Assembly: GCA_964431835.1 (NCBI GenBank)
Contig: CAYSKO010000004.1
Span: 71,519 to 135,518 of the forward strand
DNA: 64,000 nt
Direction of reading: 5' to 3'
DNA from: an uncultured Planctomycetia bacterium
GTDB taxonomy: Bacteria; Omnitrophota; Gorgyraeia; 2-02-FULL-51-18
Every line of letters starts with the position of its first letter. Position 1 is the first letter of the stretch. A model generated the notes under the pieces. It saw only the letters and a list, made by a program, of their open reading frames with translations. It had not been told where the DNA came from and did no database searches. This document shows, piece after piece, positions 1-10,246 of the stretch. A program made the translations under genes and the position numbers.

Positions 1-60
1 GGTCGCGCAGCCGGCGGCCAGGAGAACGAGGAAACTTACGAGACCGATTCGGTGAGCCAT
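1..60 (-). CDS. Partial CDS, N-terminus only: putative lipoprotein continuing beyond the window start
   Basis: The reverse complement of 1..60 reads ATG-MAHRIGLVSFLVLLAAGCAT, which is a hydrophobic signal peptide with a LAAGC lipobox. The ORF is open to the window edge. Confidence 0.35.
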   Translation of the reverse strand, partial: MAHRIGLVSFLVLLAAGCAT

Positions 61-350
61 GAGAGGTATTTCCTGGAACCGCGCGCGACGCGGAGCGCCA
101 CGAGCTCCGGGACGTCGTAGGGATGGTTTTTTGAGATGAATTTCTCGAGCGCTGGGAACTTGCGGTCCAGCGTTTTGATCACCAAGAGAGCCTCCCTCGC
201 GCGCTCGATCTTCCCTTTCCAGCGGTAATGCGAAACGGCGCCGGCGGACACCGACACGCAGGCCGCCAGCTTCTCCCGCACAAGGGCCTTCGCGAGGCTG
301 TCGGCGGTCTTCCGGTCGGGCGCGGTCGTCAAAACGACGAGCGCGGGCAC
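36..350 (-). CDS. cutA: Divalent-cation tolerance protein CutA
   Basis: 104-aa ORF of typical CutA1 size carrying the conserved C-terminal HPYDVPE motif. Confidence 0.8.
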   Translation of the reverse strand: MPALVVLTTAPDRKTADSLAKALVREKLAACVSVSAGAVSHYRWKGKIERAREALLVIKTLDRKFPALEKFISKNHPYDVPELVALRVARGSRKYLSWLTESVS

Positions 351-353
351 GCT

Positions 354-554
354 TTAGAAACGAAGTGTGATACGGTAGTCCTCGCCCTCTTGCTCGAGGA
401 TCACGTGGCCTTCACGCGCGAGCCAGCCGAGGCTCATGAGCGTGACGTTGCGGTTCTTGTCGATGGCCTTCACGATCTGGGAAAGCGAGGCGGTTTTCGA
501 CTGGTCGAGGTAATGCCAGATGTCGCCGGCGACGATGCCGATCTCGGTGATCAT
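354..554 (-). CDS. Small winged-helix (DUF2582-like) protein
   Basis: 66-aa ORF with a helix-turn-helix-like core (ASLSQIVKAIDKNRNVTLMSLGWLAREGHV). It abuts cutA with a 3-nt gap. Confidence 0.5.
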   Translation of the reverse strand: MITEIGIVAGDIWHYLDQSKTASLSQIVKAIDKNRNVTLMSLGWLAREGHVILEQEGEDYRITLRF

Positions 555-635
555 GGGGTTCTCCTAGGGAAAGCGGTTACGGATCTTATGATAGTCGAAA
601 GACGCCGGCGAATCAACAGGCGTTCCTATTTCCCG

Positions 636-881
636 TCACACGAGCCGGTCTTCGGGCGCTTTTTTGTTGTAACACTTGCACTGGGGGCACTGCGAGATCT
701 CGTGGTGGGTGGAATCCACGTACGTGTAAGCGCAGATCGAACATTCCCAAACGTCCGCTTCCTCTCGGACGAACTTCGGGAGGACGGCCTTCTTTTCGAA
801 AAAGATCCAAAGGACGAAGACGATCGCCAGGGACGCGGTGAGATAGAGGAAAATCGCGGTCGAAATGTCTACACGGAACAC
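636..881 (-). CDS. Small membrane protein with C-terminal zinc-ribbon (CxxC...CxxC)
   Basis: 81 aa with an N-terminal TM helix (IFLYLTASLAIVFVLWIFF) followed by CSIC...CPQC. It starts 2 nt after the TonB-like gene ends. Confidence 0.5.
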   Translation of the reverse strand: MFRVDISTAIFLYLTASLAIVFVLWIFFEKKAVLPKFVREEADVWECSICAYTYVDSTHHEISQCPQCKCYNKKAPEDRLV

Positions 882-882
882 G

Positions 883-1599
883 TCAGGCCCTCTCCGGGGC
901 TTTCGGCCCCAGGCGGAAACGGAGAGTCCCCAGCTGGTCCGCGGAGCCCGCCGCCGGCTGGAAGCGCCAGTGACGGACGTAACGGAGCCACAGCGCGTCG
1001 ACCGATTCGTTTCCTGAGGAACGGGCGATCTCGGCGCTCTTCACGCCGCCCGAGGCGTCCACGGTGAACTTGATCACGACCTCCGCCCCCTTCAGCGATT
1101 CCGCGAGCGAAAGCATCTGAGGCTCCTCCGGGCGCGAAAGAACCGGGCGGTCCCGCACTTCGCCTTCGAGCCCCTGAATCCCCTCTTCGAACCCCAAATT
1201 GATCCGCGAAACGAACTCGTAATCGGGCGAGGCCTTGTCGCCGTCGACAAGGACCTTCACGGATTCGAGGAAACGCTTACCGAGCGGCACGCTGACGGCG
1301 GTTCCCGGCTCCATGCGTTCGATTTTCTTAGGCGGCGGCTCGAGCGGCCGCGTGAAGTCCGTGACGTCGCGGTAAAAAGCTTCGGAAAGCTGGGGTTTCG
1401 TCTCGACGAGCGTCCGGAAGATGTCATCGTCGAGCACGGCGCCGAGCGAGACGATCCGCGGCGGCGCCTTCTTCCGCTCCTTCTCCGGGCTCACTTCCAC
1501 CACGATCGAGAAGAACCAGAAGAAATGCCAAAGAAGCGAGATGCCCAGCGCCAGCGCGAACGAGCGGTCGCGAAACGACCAGCCGTCGTATTCCCTCAC
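883..1599 (-). CDS. TonB-family energy transducer (N-terminal TM anchor, Pro-rich spacer, TonB C-terminal domain)
   Basis: TM segment ALALGISLLWHFFWFFSIVV, a PP/PPPKK-rich linker, and a C-terminal EVVIKFTVDASGGV...WRFQPA TonB_C-like fold. Its GTG start overlaps the exbD stop as GTGA. Confidence 0.7.
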   Translation of the reverse strand: MREYDGWSFRDRSFALALGISLLWHFFWFFSIVVEVSPEKERKKAPPRIVSLGAVLDDDIFRTLVETKPQLSEAFYRDVTDFTRPLEPPPKKIERMEPGTAVSVPLGKRFLESVKVLVDGDKASPDYEFVSRINLGFEEGIQGLEGEVRDRPVLSRPEEPQMLSLAESLKGAEVVIKFTVDASGGVKSAEIARSSGNESVDALWLRYVRHWRFQPAAGSADQLGTLRFRLGPKAPERA

Positions 1600-2015
1600 T
1601 GCGTTTCTCCCTGCTTCTGCGTCGTGGCGATGTTGATCTGAGGGATGCCGAGTTCGCGGCAGAGGTCCCAGATCTCGACCACGCGCCCGAGAGAAGCGCC
1701 GTTGTCCGCGCGTAGGAGGAGGGTCTTGCCGTCGCGCGCGGCTTCCCGCAGGCGCGCCGTGAGATCCGCGATCGAGATCGGCTGATCGTTCAGAAACACG
1801 AGGTCCTGGGCGGTGACGTTGACCACCATGTTTTCGCCGCCGAGCACTTCGCTCGTGATCGCCTTCGGAAGGCTCACCTTGATTCCCGGCTGCAGCACGA
1901 AGTTCGACGTGAGCATGAAAAAGAGTAGCAAATTGAACATCACGTCGACCATCGGCGCGATGTCGAGCTGCCCCTTCACGATCGACGTGCGTCTTTTGAG
2001 GCGCTTAAACCTCAT
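1596..2015 (-). CDS. exbD: Biopolymer transport protein ExbD/TolR
   Basis: The MVDVMFNLLLFFML signature is typical of ExbD/TolR. I chose the internal ATG at 2015 as the start because the longer track ORF would overlap exbB by 130 nt. Confidence 0.85.
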   Translation of the reverse strand: MRFKRLKRRTSIVKGQLDIAPMVDVMFNLLLFFMLTSNFVLQPGIKVSLPKAITSEVLGGENMVVNVTAQDLVFLNDQPISIADLTARLREAARDGKTLLLRADNGASLGRVVEIWDLCRELGIPQINIATTQKQGETQ

Positions 2016-2637
2016 CTTCGTTCCGCTTCTCGCCGAGGATATTGAGAAGGTCGGTCGCGCTGCGCTCCATGTCGAGCACGAAACCGTCGACGCGCGACAC
2101 GAGGTAGTTGTACGCAACGAACGTCGGGATCGCGACACAGAGGCCGAAGACCGTGGTCAGAAGAGCCTCCCAGATGCCTCCGGCGAGATCGCCCGGGTTG
2201 ATCGGGGTCGTCGCGGACGCCTTCGATTCGATGACCTGGAACGCCGAGACGAGACCCGTCACGGTGCCGAGGAGCCCGAGGAGCGGCGCCACGTGCGCGA
2301 CCGTCGCGAGGACGGGCAGGTTCCGCTCGAGCCGTGGGACTTCGTGGATCGACGCGTCTTCGATGGCTTCACGCACTTCGTTGCGTGGACGGTCGTGCTT
2401 CAGGATACCGGCCTTCAAGATGTTCGCGATGGGACCGCCGGTCCGCTCGCATAGGTCCAGTGCCTCCATGATCTTATTGCGCTTCAGCGACTTCGATATC
2501 TGTTCCATGAATACCCGCGTGTCGATCTGTTCCCGCTTCAGCTTGATCAGGCGTTCGATGACTATCGTGAACGCAAAGATGGAGCAAAGCAGGATCGGCC
2601 ACATGATCGGGCCGCCCTTCTGCATGAATTCCCACAT
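2005..2637 (-). CDS. exbB: MotA/TolQ/ExbB proton-channel protein
   Basis: 210 aa with three TM helices and the conserved C-terminal GLLGTVTGLVSAFQ region of TolQ/ExbB. Confidence 0.85.
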   Translation of the reverse strand: MWEFMQKGGPIMWPILLCSIFAFTIVIERLIKLKREQIDTRVFMEQISKSLKRNKIMEALDLCERTGGPIANILKAGILKHDRPRNEVREAIEDASIHEVPRLERNLPVLATVAHVAPLLGLLGTVTGLVSAFQVIESKASATTPINPGDLAGGIWEALLTTVFGLCVAIPTFVAYNYLVSRVDGFVLDMERSATDLLNILGEKRNEDEV

Positions 2638-2655
2638 CGATCGGTTACCCCCCTG

Positions 2656-4917
2656 TTATGCCGGTTTGAGCTTCGCGGCTTCCTCGCCGCGGCCCATGTC
2701 GGTCAGTACTTCCGCGAGCTCCCGCCGCGCTTCTAGCGCCGCGTCGCCCTTCAAATTTTTGAGCGCCTCTCCGAAATAAAACGCCGATTCACGGAGGAGT
2801 CCCTGGGCCTTCAGGATCTCGGCGAGCTTCTTCTGCGCACGGCCGCGCTCGAGCGGCGACGGCGCCTCGCTGGCGGCACGGACGAGCCCGGCCTTGGCTT
2901 CGTCGATTTTTCCCTGCGGAACGAGGAGCTCGGCCGCTCGCACCGCCGCCTGAGCGCCCCAAGGACCCTTTGGATAATCGCGGGCGATTGCCGTGAAACC
3001 GGCGGCCGCGGCGTTTAAATCGCCCGCGCGCTCGGACTCCACGGCCGCGCGGAAACGCGCGTCGTCGGCGAGGTCGTGGTCCGGAAAGCGCGAAGACAGC
3101 GCGTCAAAGCTCCCGCGCGCGTCGGCGTAGCGTCCGCGTTTGAAATGATATTCGCCGAGGCCGAAGAGCACTTCCGCCGAAGACGGATGCTCCGGGTAAC
3201 GTTCGAGATACGCTTCGAACTCACGGACGCCTTCCTCTTCTTTCTTGAGCGCGAAGAGGCACCGTGCCGCCTGGTAACGCGCGAGACGTCCCGAGTCGCC
3301 ATCGGCGTCGCGTGCGGCAACATCCCGGAAAACTTCGAGCGCCTTCGAGTATTGACGATCGAGAAAAAGACCGTTGCCGAGCTGGAAGTACGCGTTTTCC
3401 CGCAAGGGGCTTTCGGGATGGACGGAAACGAGTCGGCGGAACTGCGCGGCCGCCTCGGCATGGCTGCCCTTTTTCAGGAGCAACGCGCCGAGCCGGTACA
3501 AAGACTCGGCCCGATAACGGCTCGAGGGATAATTCACGAGGAGGCTCCGGTAGCTCAGGATCGCGGCCTCTTCCTTACCGAGCCCAGCAAGAATCGTCGC
3601 TGACTGATACTGGGCGTAATCGGAATAGAAGCTTTTCGGATAGTCCACGAGGACCATATCGTAATACTCCTGCGCGTCCTCCGGAGCCTCTTTCTCCAAG
3701 TAGGTGTCGCCGATGCGGCAAATCGCTGCGACTTTCAGCACCTCGTCGTTCGCTTCCTCGGCGACGATAGTGAAATGCTCGATCGCCTTGTCCTGCTGCC
3801 CAAGGCGCGCGTACGACCAGCCTAGATAGAAATGCGTGTCGTGCACGAGCTCGGTCGCGGGGTAGTCGCGCAAGAGGTTCTCGTAAGCCTCGGCGCTTTC
3901 GCGGTGACGTTCTAACTCGTAGAGCGTTTCCGCGCGCCAGAAACGCGCGTCGTCGGCTAGATCCGACTGCGTGAAATCGCGGATCAAACGGTCGTAGGAT
4001 TCGAGCGCTTCCTCACGACGGTCGAGTTTCGCTAGCGAACGGGCGCGGCCGAGCAGGAACGAATCCGCGAGTGGCGATCCTTTCAGCGTTTCTTCGAACG
4101 GCGTGAAATTACGGAGGCTTTCCTCGTATTTCCCAAGCTGGAAGAAGGTCCAGCCGATTCCGTGCAGCGCCATCGCGACGAACGGCTCCTCCGCCCCGCC
4201 GAGATCGACGCTACGTTTGAACGCGTCGAGCGCGGGCGCGTACTGGCCCAGGTTGTACCGGCATTCGCCGAGGAGGTAGTGCGCAGCGGCTATCCGCGGC
4301 GAGAGCGCGTGGTCTTCGATGAATTTAGAGAGCGCGGCGGCCGACGAGTCGTATTTCCGGGTCTCGTACAAGCACTGTGCAATCTTGTAGCGGGATTCGG
4401 CGGCCAGCGCGTGCGTCGGCCACTCGCGAGAGACATCCTCGAACTCGGCGATCGCGCCCTCGTAATGCTCGAGCTCGGCGTACGCCCACGCGCGCGAATA
4501 ACGCGCGTACACCTGGAAGCGCGAACGCGGGTAGCGTTCGATCACTTCGGCGTAAAACTTCACGGCGGACGCGAAATCTTTCGCCTTGAAGTGCGCCTCG
4601 GCGGTCCAGTAAAGCGCCTCCTCGTGAAAGCGGCCCTGCGAAACCTCCGCGCTCACGTGTTCGAATTCGCCGATCGCCCGCGAAGCCTCGCCGGTGCTTG
4701 CGTACGCCTGGCCGAGCAGGAGCCGGACGTCGTGCCGGTAATCCGAGCGGGGGTGGCTCGAAAGAAAAGCGGACGAGCGCTCCTTGACGGAATCGAAGAG
4801 GCCTTTTTTGAAGGCGTCCTGGATCGGGATGAAATCGCTCTGCTCCTGCGGCGTGGCGGCGAGAGCGCGCGCCGAGAGAAGAAGCGCAGCGGCAAGCCCG
4901 ATGAACGAACGGTTCAT
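2656..4917 (-). CDS. Secreted tetratricopeptide-repeat protein (753 aa, signal peptide + TPR throughout)
   Basis: Signal peptide [21 protein letters not shown]. The whole length shows W/LG/Y/A/F/A/P TPR periodicity. It sits between uvrA and exbB. Confidence 0.8.
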   Translation of the reverse strand: MNRSFIGLAAALLLSARALAATPQEQSDFIPIQDAFKKGLFDSVKERSSAFLSSHPRSDYRHDVRLLLGQAYASTGEASRAIGEFEHVSAEVSQGRFHEEALYWTAEAHFKAKDFASAVKFYAEVIERYPRSRFQVYARYSRAWAYAELEHYEGAIAEFEDVSREWPTHALAAESRYKIAQCLYETRKYDSSAAALSKFIEDHALSPRIAAAHYLLGECRYNLGQYAPALDAFKRSVDLGGAEEPFVAMALHGIGWTFFQLGKYEESLRNFTPFEETLKGSPLADSFLLGRARSLAKLDRREEALESYDRLIRDFTQSDLADDARFWRAETLYELERHRESAEAYENLLRDYPATELVHDTHFYLGWSYARLGQQDKAIEHFTIVAEEANDEVLKVAAICRIGDTYLEKEAPEDAQEYYDMVLVDYPKSFYSDYAQYQSATILAGLGKEEAAILSYRSLLVNYPSSRYRAESLYRLGALLLKKGSHAEAAAQFRRLVSVHPESPLRENAYFQLGNGLFLDRQYSKALEVFRDVAARDADGDSGRLARYQAARCLFALKKEEEGVREFEAYLERYPEHPSSAEVLFGLGEYHFKRGRYADARGSFDALSSRFPDHDLADDARFRAAVESERAGDLNAAAAGFTAIARDYPKGPWGAQAAVRAAELLVPQGKIDEAKAGLVRAASEAPSPLERGRAQKKLAEILKAQGLLRESAFYFGEALKNLKGDAALEARRELAEVLTDMGRGEEAAKLKPA

Positions 4918-7766
4918 CCCTTCAGCGCCTCCTTGAGGAAACGGCCGGTGTGGGACTCCGTCGAACGCGCGACTTCCTCGGGCGTCCCGGAGGCGACGAG
5001 CCAGCCGCCCCGCGCGCCGCCCTCGGGGCCGAGGTCGATCAGATAGTCGGCGGCCTTGATCACGTCCAGATTGTGCTCGATGACGAGAATGCTGTTGCCC
5101 TGGTCCACGAGCGTCTGAAGCACCTGGAGGAGGCGGTCGATGTCTGCGAAATGCAGGCCCGTCGTCGGTTCATCGAGGATGTAGAGCGTACGGCCCGTCG
5201 CGCGGCGCGAGAGCTCGGTCGCGAGCTTCACGCGCTGGGCTTCACCGCCCGAGAGCGTCGTCGCGGCCTGGCCGAGTTCGATGTAGTCGAGCCCCACGTC
5301 GTGCAGCGTCTGGAGCTTCGTGCGCACCATCGGCACGTTTTCGAAAAGAAGCAGCGCCTCCTCCACGCTCATGGAAAGGACGTCGGCAATGGACTTACCT
5401 TTATAGCGGACCTCGAGCGTCTGCTCGTTGAAACGCCTTCCCTTGCAGACTTCGCACTCCACGTAAACGTCCGGAAGGAAATGCATTTCGATCGTCTTCA
5501 CGCCGTCGCCCTCGCAGGCCTCGCAGCGCCCGCCCTTCACGTTGAAACTGAAACGCCCGGGCTCGTAGCCGCGCACGCGCGAGTCGGGCAGGCGGGAGAA
5601 AATGTCGCGGATCGGGCCGAAGAGGCCGGTGTAGGTCGCGGGGTTCGAGCGCGGCGTGCGACCGATCGGCGACTGGTCGATTTCGATGATCTTGTCGATG
5701 TGTTCGGTGCCCAGGATCGCCTCGTGCTTGCCGGGCTTGTCCTTGGATTTATTGAGCTTCCGCGAGAGTCCCTTGAAAAGGATTTCGTCGATGAGCGTGC
5801 TCTTGCCCGATCCCGAGACGCCGGTGACGCAGGTGAAGACGCCGAGTGGGATTTCAACGTCGATCCCCTTCAGGTTGTGCTCCGCGGCTTTCTTGATCAC
5901 GATCTTTTTCCGGCTCTTCCACTCGCGGCGCACTTCGGGCATGCGAATCTTGAGATCGCCCTTCAAGTAGCGGCCCGTGAGCGACTCCGGGTCGTCCATG
6001 ACCTCCTGCGGCGTGCCGGCCGAGACGATCTTTCCCCCGTGCTTGCCGGCGCCGGGGCCGAGATCCACGAGGTAGTCGGCCCGCTTCATGGTCGCGTCGT
6101 CGTGCTCGACGACGATGAGCGTGTTACCGAGGTCGCGTAGCGCGAGGAGCGCCTCGAGGAGCTTCTCGTTGTCGCGCTGATGAAGGCCGATCGAGGGTTC
6201 GTCGAGCACGTAAAGCACTCCCATGAGACCCGCGCCGATCTGCGTCGCCAGGCGGATACGCTGCGCTTCGCCGCCCGAGAGCGTGCCGCTCATGCGGTCG
6301 AGAGAAAGATAGCCGAGGCCGACGTTCGTCATGAAGCCGAGACGCGCACGGACTTCTTTCAGGATCTGATAGGCGATCTTCTCGTCCCTTTCGGTAAGCT
6401 TCAAGTTCCGGAAGAATTGGTCGGCGTCTTCGATGGAGAGCGCGCAGACGTCCATGATGCCTTTGGCGCTCACCATCACGCTGAGCGCTTCGGGCTTCAA
6501 ACGCTTCCCATGGCACACGTCGCAGGGACGCCGGCTCATGTACTTGGCGATTTCGTCCTTCATCCATTCGGATTCGGTGTCCTTGTAACGACGCTCGAGG
6601 TTCGCCACGACGCCTTCGAAAGATTTCCAGCCTTTCTCGCCGGTGCCGTAGAGGATCGTGTCGCGGTCTTTTTTAGAGAGGTCCTTGAATGGGGTGTCGA
6701 GGTCGAAGCCGAGCTCCTCGGAGAGATTCCGGAGGAGCCGCCGGAAGTGGAGAATAATCGATTTGCCCCCGCGGTTCCAGCCGGCGATCGCGCCGTCGCG
6801 GACGGATTTCGTCTTGTCCGGCACGACAAGCTCGGGGTCGATCTCCTGCATCTCGCCGAGTCCGTCGCACGTCGGGCACGCGCCGTAAGGGCTGTTGAAC
6901 GAAAAGAGCCGCGGCTCAAGCGGCTGGAAGCTGACGCCGCAGTGGACACAGGCGTGGAGCTCCGAGAACATCTGCTCGGCCGCGTCGCCGTCGAAGGCGA
7001 TCTTCATGGTCCCCTTGCCAACTTTAAGCGCCGATTCCACCGAGTCCGTGAGGCGCTTCTTCACGTCGTCGCGCAGGACGAGGCGGTCGACGACGATGTC
7101 GATGACGTGCTTCTTTTTCTTGTCGAGCTTGATCGTCTCCGTGAGCTCGTAGGTGCGGCCGTCCACGCGCACGCGGACGAACCCCTCTTTCTGGACGTCC
7201 TTGAAAATCGACTGGTACTCGCCCTTGCGGCCCTCAATGACCGGAGCCAGGATCTGAATGCGGCTTTCCTTCGGGGAACGCAGAATGAGCTCCACAATCT
7301 CCTGCGCGCTCTGTTTGGTGATCGGGTTGCCGCAGGTCGGGCAGTGGGGCGTGCCACACTTGGCGTAAAGGAGGCGGAGGTAGTCGTAGATCTCGGTCGT
7401 GGTACCGACAGTCGAGCGCGGATTCGAGCCCGCGATTCGCTGCTCGATGGAGATCGCCGGCGAAAGGCCCTCGATGTACTCGACGTCCGGCTTCTGCATT
7501 TGGTCCAAGAACTGCCGCGCGTAGGCAGAAAGACTCTCGACGTAGCGGCGCTGGCCCTCGGCGTAGATCGTGTCGAACGCGAGCGAGGATTTGCCCGAGC
7601 CGGAGAGACCCGTAAAAACGACGAGCGCGTCCCGCGGGATCTTGAGGTCGACCCCCTGCAGGTTGTGTTCGCGGGCGTTCTTGACGAAAATGTAGTCGCG
7701 GCCGCGGACCTCGGGTGGGCGCGTCGCTTCCTTTTCTTTTCTACGAGACTGGGTCTGAGTCGTCAT
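4914..7766 (-). CDS. uvrA: Excinuclease ABC subunit A
   Basis: 950 aa with two ABC ATPase modules ([12 protein letters not shown] and [10 protein letters not shown] Walker A motifs) and Zn-finger cysteines. It overlaps the upstream gene as ATGA. Confidence 0.97.
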   Translation of the reverse strand: MTTQTQSRRKEKEATRPPEVRGRDYIFVKNAREHNLQGVDLKIPRDALVVFTGLSGSGKSSLAFDTIYAEGQRRYVESLSAYARQFLDQMQKPDVEYIEGLSPAISIEQRIAGSNPRSTVGTTTEIYDYLRLLYAKCGTPHCPTCGNPITKQSAQEIVELILRSPKESRIQILAPVIEGRKGEYQSIFKDVQKEGFVRVRVDGRTYELTETIKLDKKKKHVIDIVVDRLVLRDDVKKRLTDSVESALKVGKGTMKIAFDGDAAEQMFSELHACVHCGVSFQPLEPRLFSFNSPYGACPTCDGLGEMQEIDPELVVPDKTKSVRDGAIAGWNRGGKSIILHFRRLLRNLSEELGFDLDTPFKDLSKKDRDTILYGTGEKGWKSFEGVVANLERRYKDTESEWMKDEIAKYMSRRPCDVCHGKRLKPEALSVMVSAKGIMDVCALSIEDADQFFRNLKLTERDEKIAYQILKEVRARLGFMTNVGLGYLSLDRMSGTLSGGEAQRIRLATQIGAGLMGVLYVLDEPSIGLHQRDNEKLLEALLALRDLGNTLIVVEHDDATMKRADYLVDLGPGAGKHGGKIVSAGTPQEVMDDPESLTGRYLKGDLKIRMPEVRREWKSRKKIVIKKAAEHNLKGIDVEIPLGVFTCVTGVSGSGKSTLIDEILFKGLSRKLNKSKDKPGKHEAILGTEHIDKIIEIDQSPIGRTPRSNPATYTGLFGPIRDIFSRLPDSRVRGYEPGRFSFNVKGGRCEACEGDGVKTIEMHFLPDVYVECEVCKGRRFNEQTLEVRYKGKSIADVLSMSVEEALLLFENVPMVRTKLQTLHDVGLDYIELGQAATTLSGGEAQRVKLATELSRRATGRTLYILDEPTTGLHFADIDRLLQVLQTLVDQGNSILVIEHNLDVIKAADYLIDLGPEGGARGGWLVASGTPEEVARSTESHTGRFLKEALKG

Positions 7767-8446
7767 ATTTTCTTCTTCTCGGTGGCGTCTTGTTTGAGGA
7801 TTTCGGGAATGGGCCTCGCATCGATGCGTATCCCGCCGTCATGCTCGATCATGAGCGTGTAGATGGTCCCCGGTACGAACACGGAGCCCGGCGCCTCGAT
7901 CTGCGCGTTCTTAATGCCGATGCGTTTACGCTCATCGGGGTCTAGGGCGAGCTTCCAGAATTTGCCCCACATCTCGCGCTCGAAACCGGACGGAGAGCTC
8001 CCGACCTTGTACCCTTCAGGAACTTCGTGCGCCGCAGTGATCGGGAATTCCTGGGTGTTCTTTCCGGCCAGCACGAACGCCTTCAGGAACAAGTAGACGC
8101 TCTTGCCCTTGAGACGGTGCCCCCGCTCGACGTACCGGTCATCGAAGCGGACGACGAGCGTCTGAAACTGGATCAGATTGCCGTCGAACGTGAAGTATTT
8201 GGGCTTGAGCGCGCGCCCACGGACGTCGTACTCGAGGAACTTGATCGTCGTGCGGTATTTGCGGGTGAACTCGTCGACACTCGACTCCATCACGAGCGCT
8301 TCGGCGATACGGGACTCCGCCCGAAGGTTCCGGACAATCTGGCGGAGCGTCATGAATTCCTGGAACTTGAACCAGCCGACGAAGGCCACGAGGACGACGA
8401 GGAGGAGAACGAACCGGCGAGCGGTCTTCCTGATTCCGTCGAACAT
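7763..8446 (-). CDS. Hypothetical membrane-anchored protein (function unknown)
   Basis: 227 aa with an N-terminal TM helix ([15 protein letters not shown]). Its stop overlaps the uvrA start by 4 nt, which suggests co-translation. No recognisable motif. Confidence 0.55.
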   Translation of the reverse strand: MFDGIRKTARRFVLLLVVLVAFVGWFKFQEFMTLRQIVRNLRAESRIAEALVMESSVDEFTRKYRTTIKFLEYDVRGRALKPKYFTFDGNLIQFQTLVVRFDDRYVERGHRLKGKSVYLFLKAFVLAGKNTQEFPITAAHEVPEGYKVGSSPSGFEREMWGKFWKLALDPDERKRIGIKNAQIEAPGSVFVPGTIYTLMIEHDGGIRIDARPIPEILKQDATEKKKI

Positions 8447-8465
8447 TTTTAGTCTTTCGGCGGGA

Positions 8466-9440
8466 CTAGGTCCGGCAGTCGGCCGGTTTTTTGGGCCAGA
8501 TGATCGAAGCCGCGATCGAAGCCGTCAGGATCGCCGCGATCACCAGGAGCGCGACGACGATCGGGAAATGGTAGACGTCCGTCAAAAGCATCTTGGCCCC
8601 GACGAACACGAGGATCGCCGAAAGCCCGTAATGGAGATGATGGAAAACCTGCATGACGCCGGAGAGCGCGAAATACAACGCCCGGAGCCCCAGGATCGCG
8701 AAGACGTTCGACGTGTAGACGATGAACGGGTCGGTCGTGATCGCGAGCACTGCTGGGATGGAATCCACTGCGAAGATCACGTCCGTCGTTTCGACCACCA
8801 AAAGAACGATGAAAAAAGGCGTCGCGTACAGGCGCCCGGCCTTCCGCACGAAGAACTTGCCCTCGACGTTCTCCGTCGTGACCGGCATCACCTTCTTGAA
8901 GAGGCGGATCACGAGGCTCTTTTCAGGATCGAGCTCCTTGTCTTCGTCCTTCTCCTTGCCGAAGGCCATGCGCAGGCCGGTGAAGATCAGGAAAACGCCG
9001 AAAATGTAGATGGTCCAATGGAAGCGCTCGATGAGAGTGATACCCACAAGGATAAAGATGGCGCGCATTACGAGTGCCCCTAAGATACCCCAGAAGAGGA
9101 TCTTGTGCTGGTACACCGGAGAGACGCGGAAGCACTTGAATACGAGGATGAAAACGAAGATATTGTCGACCGAGAGGGACTTCTCGAGAAGGTACCCGGC
9201 CGTGAACTGGAGCGCCTTCTCGGGACCCGAAACCATGTACACGCCCAGGTTGAACAAAAGGGCGAGCGCGATCCAGAACGCGCTGAGAAGCAACGCCTCT
9301 TTGACTTTGACCGCATGCGCCTTCTTTTGGAAGACGCCGAGATCGAGGGCAAGCATCACGAAGACGAACAGGTTAAACGCTATCCAGGGCCAGGCTTGTG
9401 TCATTGGGCTAATATAACACAATCCCCCAGCCGAGCCCAA
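8466..9440 (-). CDS. terC: TerC-family integral membrane protein
   Basis: Multi-pass membrane protein with TerC/Alx-like helices. The probable start is the internal Met (MTQAWPW, around 9404), which would give a 4-nt overlap with rsmA. Confidence 0.8.
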   Translation of the reverse strand: MGSAGGLCYISPMTQAWPWIAFNLFVFVMLALDLGVFQKKAHAVKVKEALLLSAFWIALALLFNLGVYMVSGPEKALQFTAGYLLEKSLSVDNIFVFILVFKCFRVSPVYQHKILFWGILGALVMRAIFILVGITLIERFHWTIYIFGVFLIFTGLRMAFGKEKDEDKELDPEKSLVIRLFKKVMPVTTENVEGKFFVRKAGRLYATPFFIVLLVVETTDVIFAVDSIPAVLAITTDPFIVYTSNVFAILGLRALYFALSGVMQVFHHLHYGLSAILVFVGAKMLLTDVYHFPIVVALLVIAAILTASIAASIIWPKKPADCRT

Positions 9441-10246
9441 TCCGGAATGGAAAGGGTCTCCGGGCGGCGCATGGGGTCGATTCCCGCCCGGGAAAGCGCC
9501 TCGGCGAGCTCGGGCTTACGGAGGCCGGGAACCGTCTCGTCGGCGAGGGCGTTCAGGAGGGTTTTTCGCCGTTTCTGGAAAGCCTTCCGGACGAGATAGA
9601 AAAAGGCTCCCTCGTTCGAGATATTCCAGCGCGATTTCTCGTCAAATTCGAGACGCACCACCGCGGACTCGACCTGGGGTGCCGGAAAAAAGGTGCGGGG
9701 CGGCAGGATCCGGAGAACTTCCACGCGCGCATATACCTGGACGAAGACGCTGAGGGATCCCCATGTCTTTCCGCCCGGCGCCGCCCGTAGGCGGTCGGCG
9801 ACTTCCCTTTGTACCGTGATGACCGCACGGCGAACGGTTCGCCGGTGGTCGATGAGCCATTCGAGAATGGGGCTCGTGATGTTGTACGGGATGTTCCCCG
9901 CGACTTTGAGCGGCGGATGCAGACCGAGCTCCGACGGGTCGACTTCCAAGATATCCTTTTCCACCACGACCAGAGGCCGTTCTCCGGCCGCGTCGCGGAG
10001 CCGGCGCGCCAGGACGAAATCTTTTTCGATCGCAGTCACGCGACCGCCGCGCGCCAGAAGCTCGTCGGTCAGGAAACCGAGTCCGGGACCGATCTCCAGG
10101 ACGGGCTCCCCCGGCGCGAGATCGAGCGAAGCCGCGATAAATCCGAGCGTCTCGGGCCGGATCATGAAATTCTGTCCACGGCGCTTCTCTGGAGCGACGC
10201 CCAGCTCCGCGAGCGCGGCGATGACCGCGCCGGTGAGATCCTTCAA
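9401..10246 (-). CDS. rsmA: 16S rRNA (adenine1518/1519-N6)-dimethyltransferase RsmA/KsgA
   Basis: RGQNFM, LEIGPGLGFLT, NIPYNI motifs. Confidence 0.9.
   Translation of the reverse strand: MKDLTGAVIAALAELGVAPEKRRGQNFMIRPETLGFIAASLDLAPGEPVLEIGPGLGFLTDELLARGGRVTAIEKDFVLARRLRDAAGERPLVVVEKDILEVDPSELGLHPPLKVAGNIPYNITSPILEWLIDHRRTVRRAVITVQREVADRLRAAPGGKTWGSLSVFVQVYARVEVLRILPPRTFFPAPQVESAVVRLEFDEKSRWNISNEGAFFYLVRKAFQKRRKTLLNALADETVPGLRKPELAEALSRAGIDPMRRPETLSIPDWARLGDCVILAQ

Noticed and set aside
883-2637. Considered whether the MotA/ExbB-like + ExbD-like pair could be a Zorya-type defence motor.
   Set aside because: ExbB is only 210 aa with no long cytoplasmic tail. The partner is a classic ExbD with a TonB-C protein next to it. 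There are no ZorC/D-like or nuclease genes. The context (uvrA, cutA) is housekeeping.
6180-7862. Long plus-strand ORFs (560 aa here; also 15379..17112 at 577 aa, 54365..56056 at 563 aa, 21217..22515 and others).
   Set aside because: All lie antisense to strong, motif-bearing minus-strand genes (uvrA, argS, BNR protein, rng). Their translations are low-complexity and Arg/Ala/Gly-rich, which is typical of GC-rich antisense frames, and they contain no recognisable motifs.
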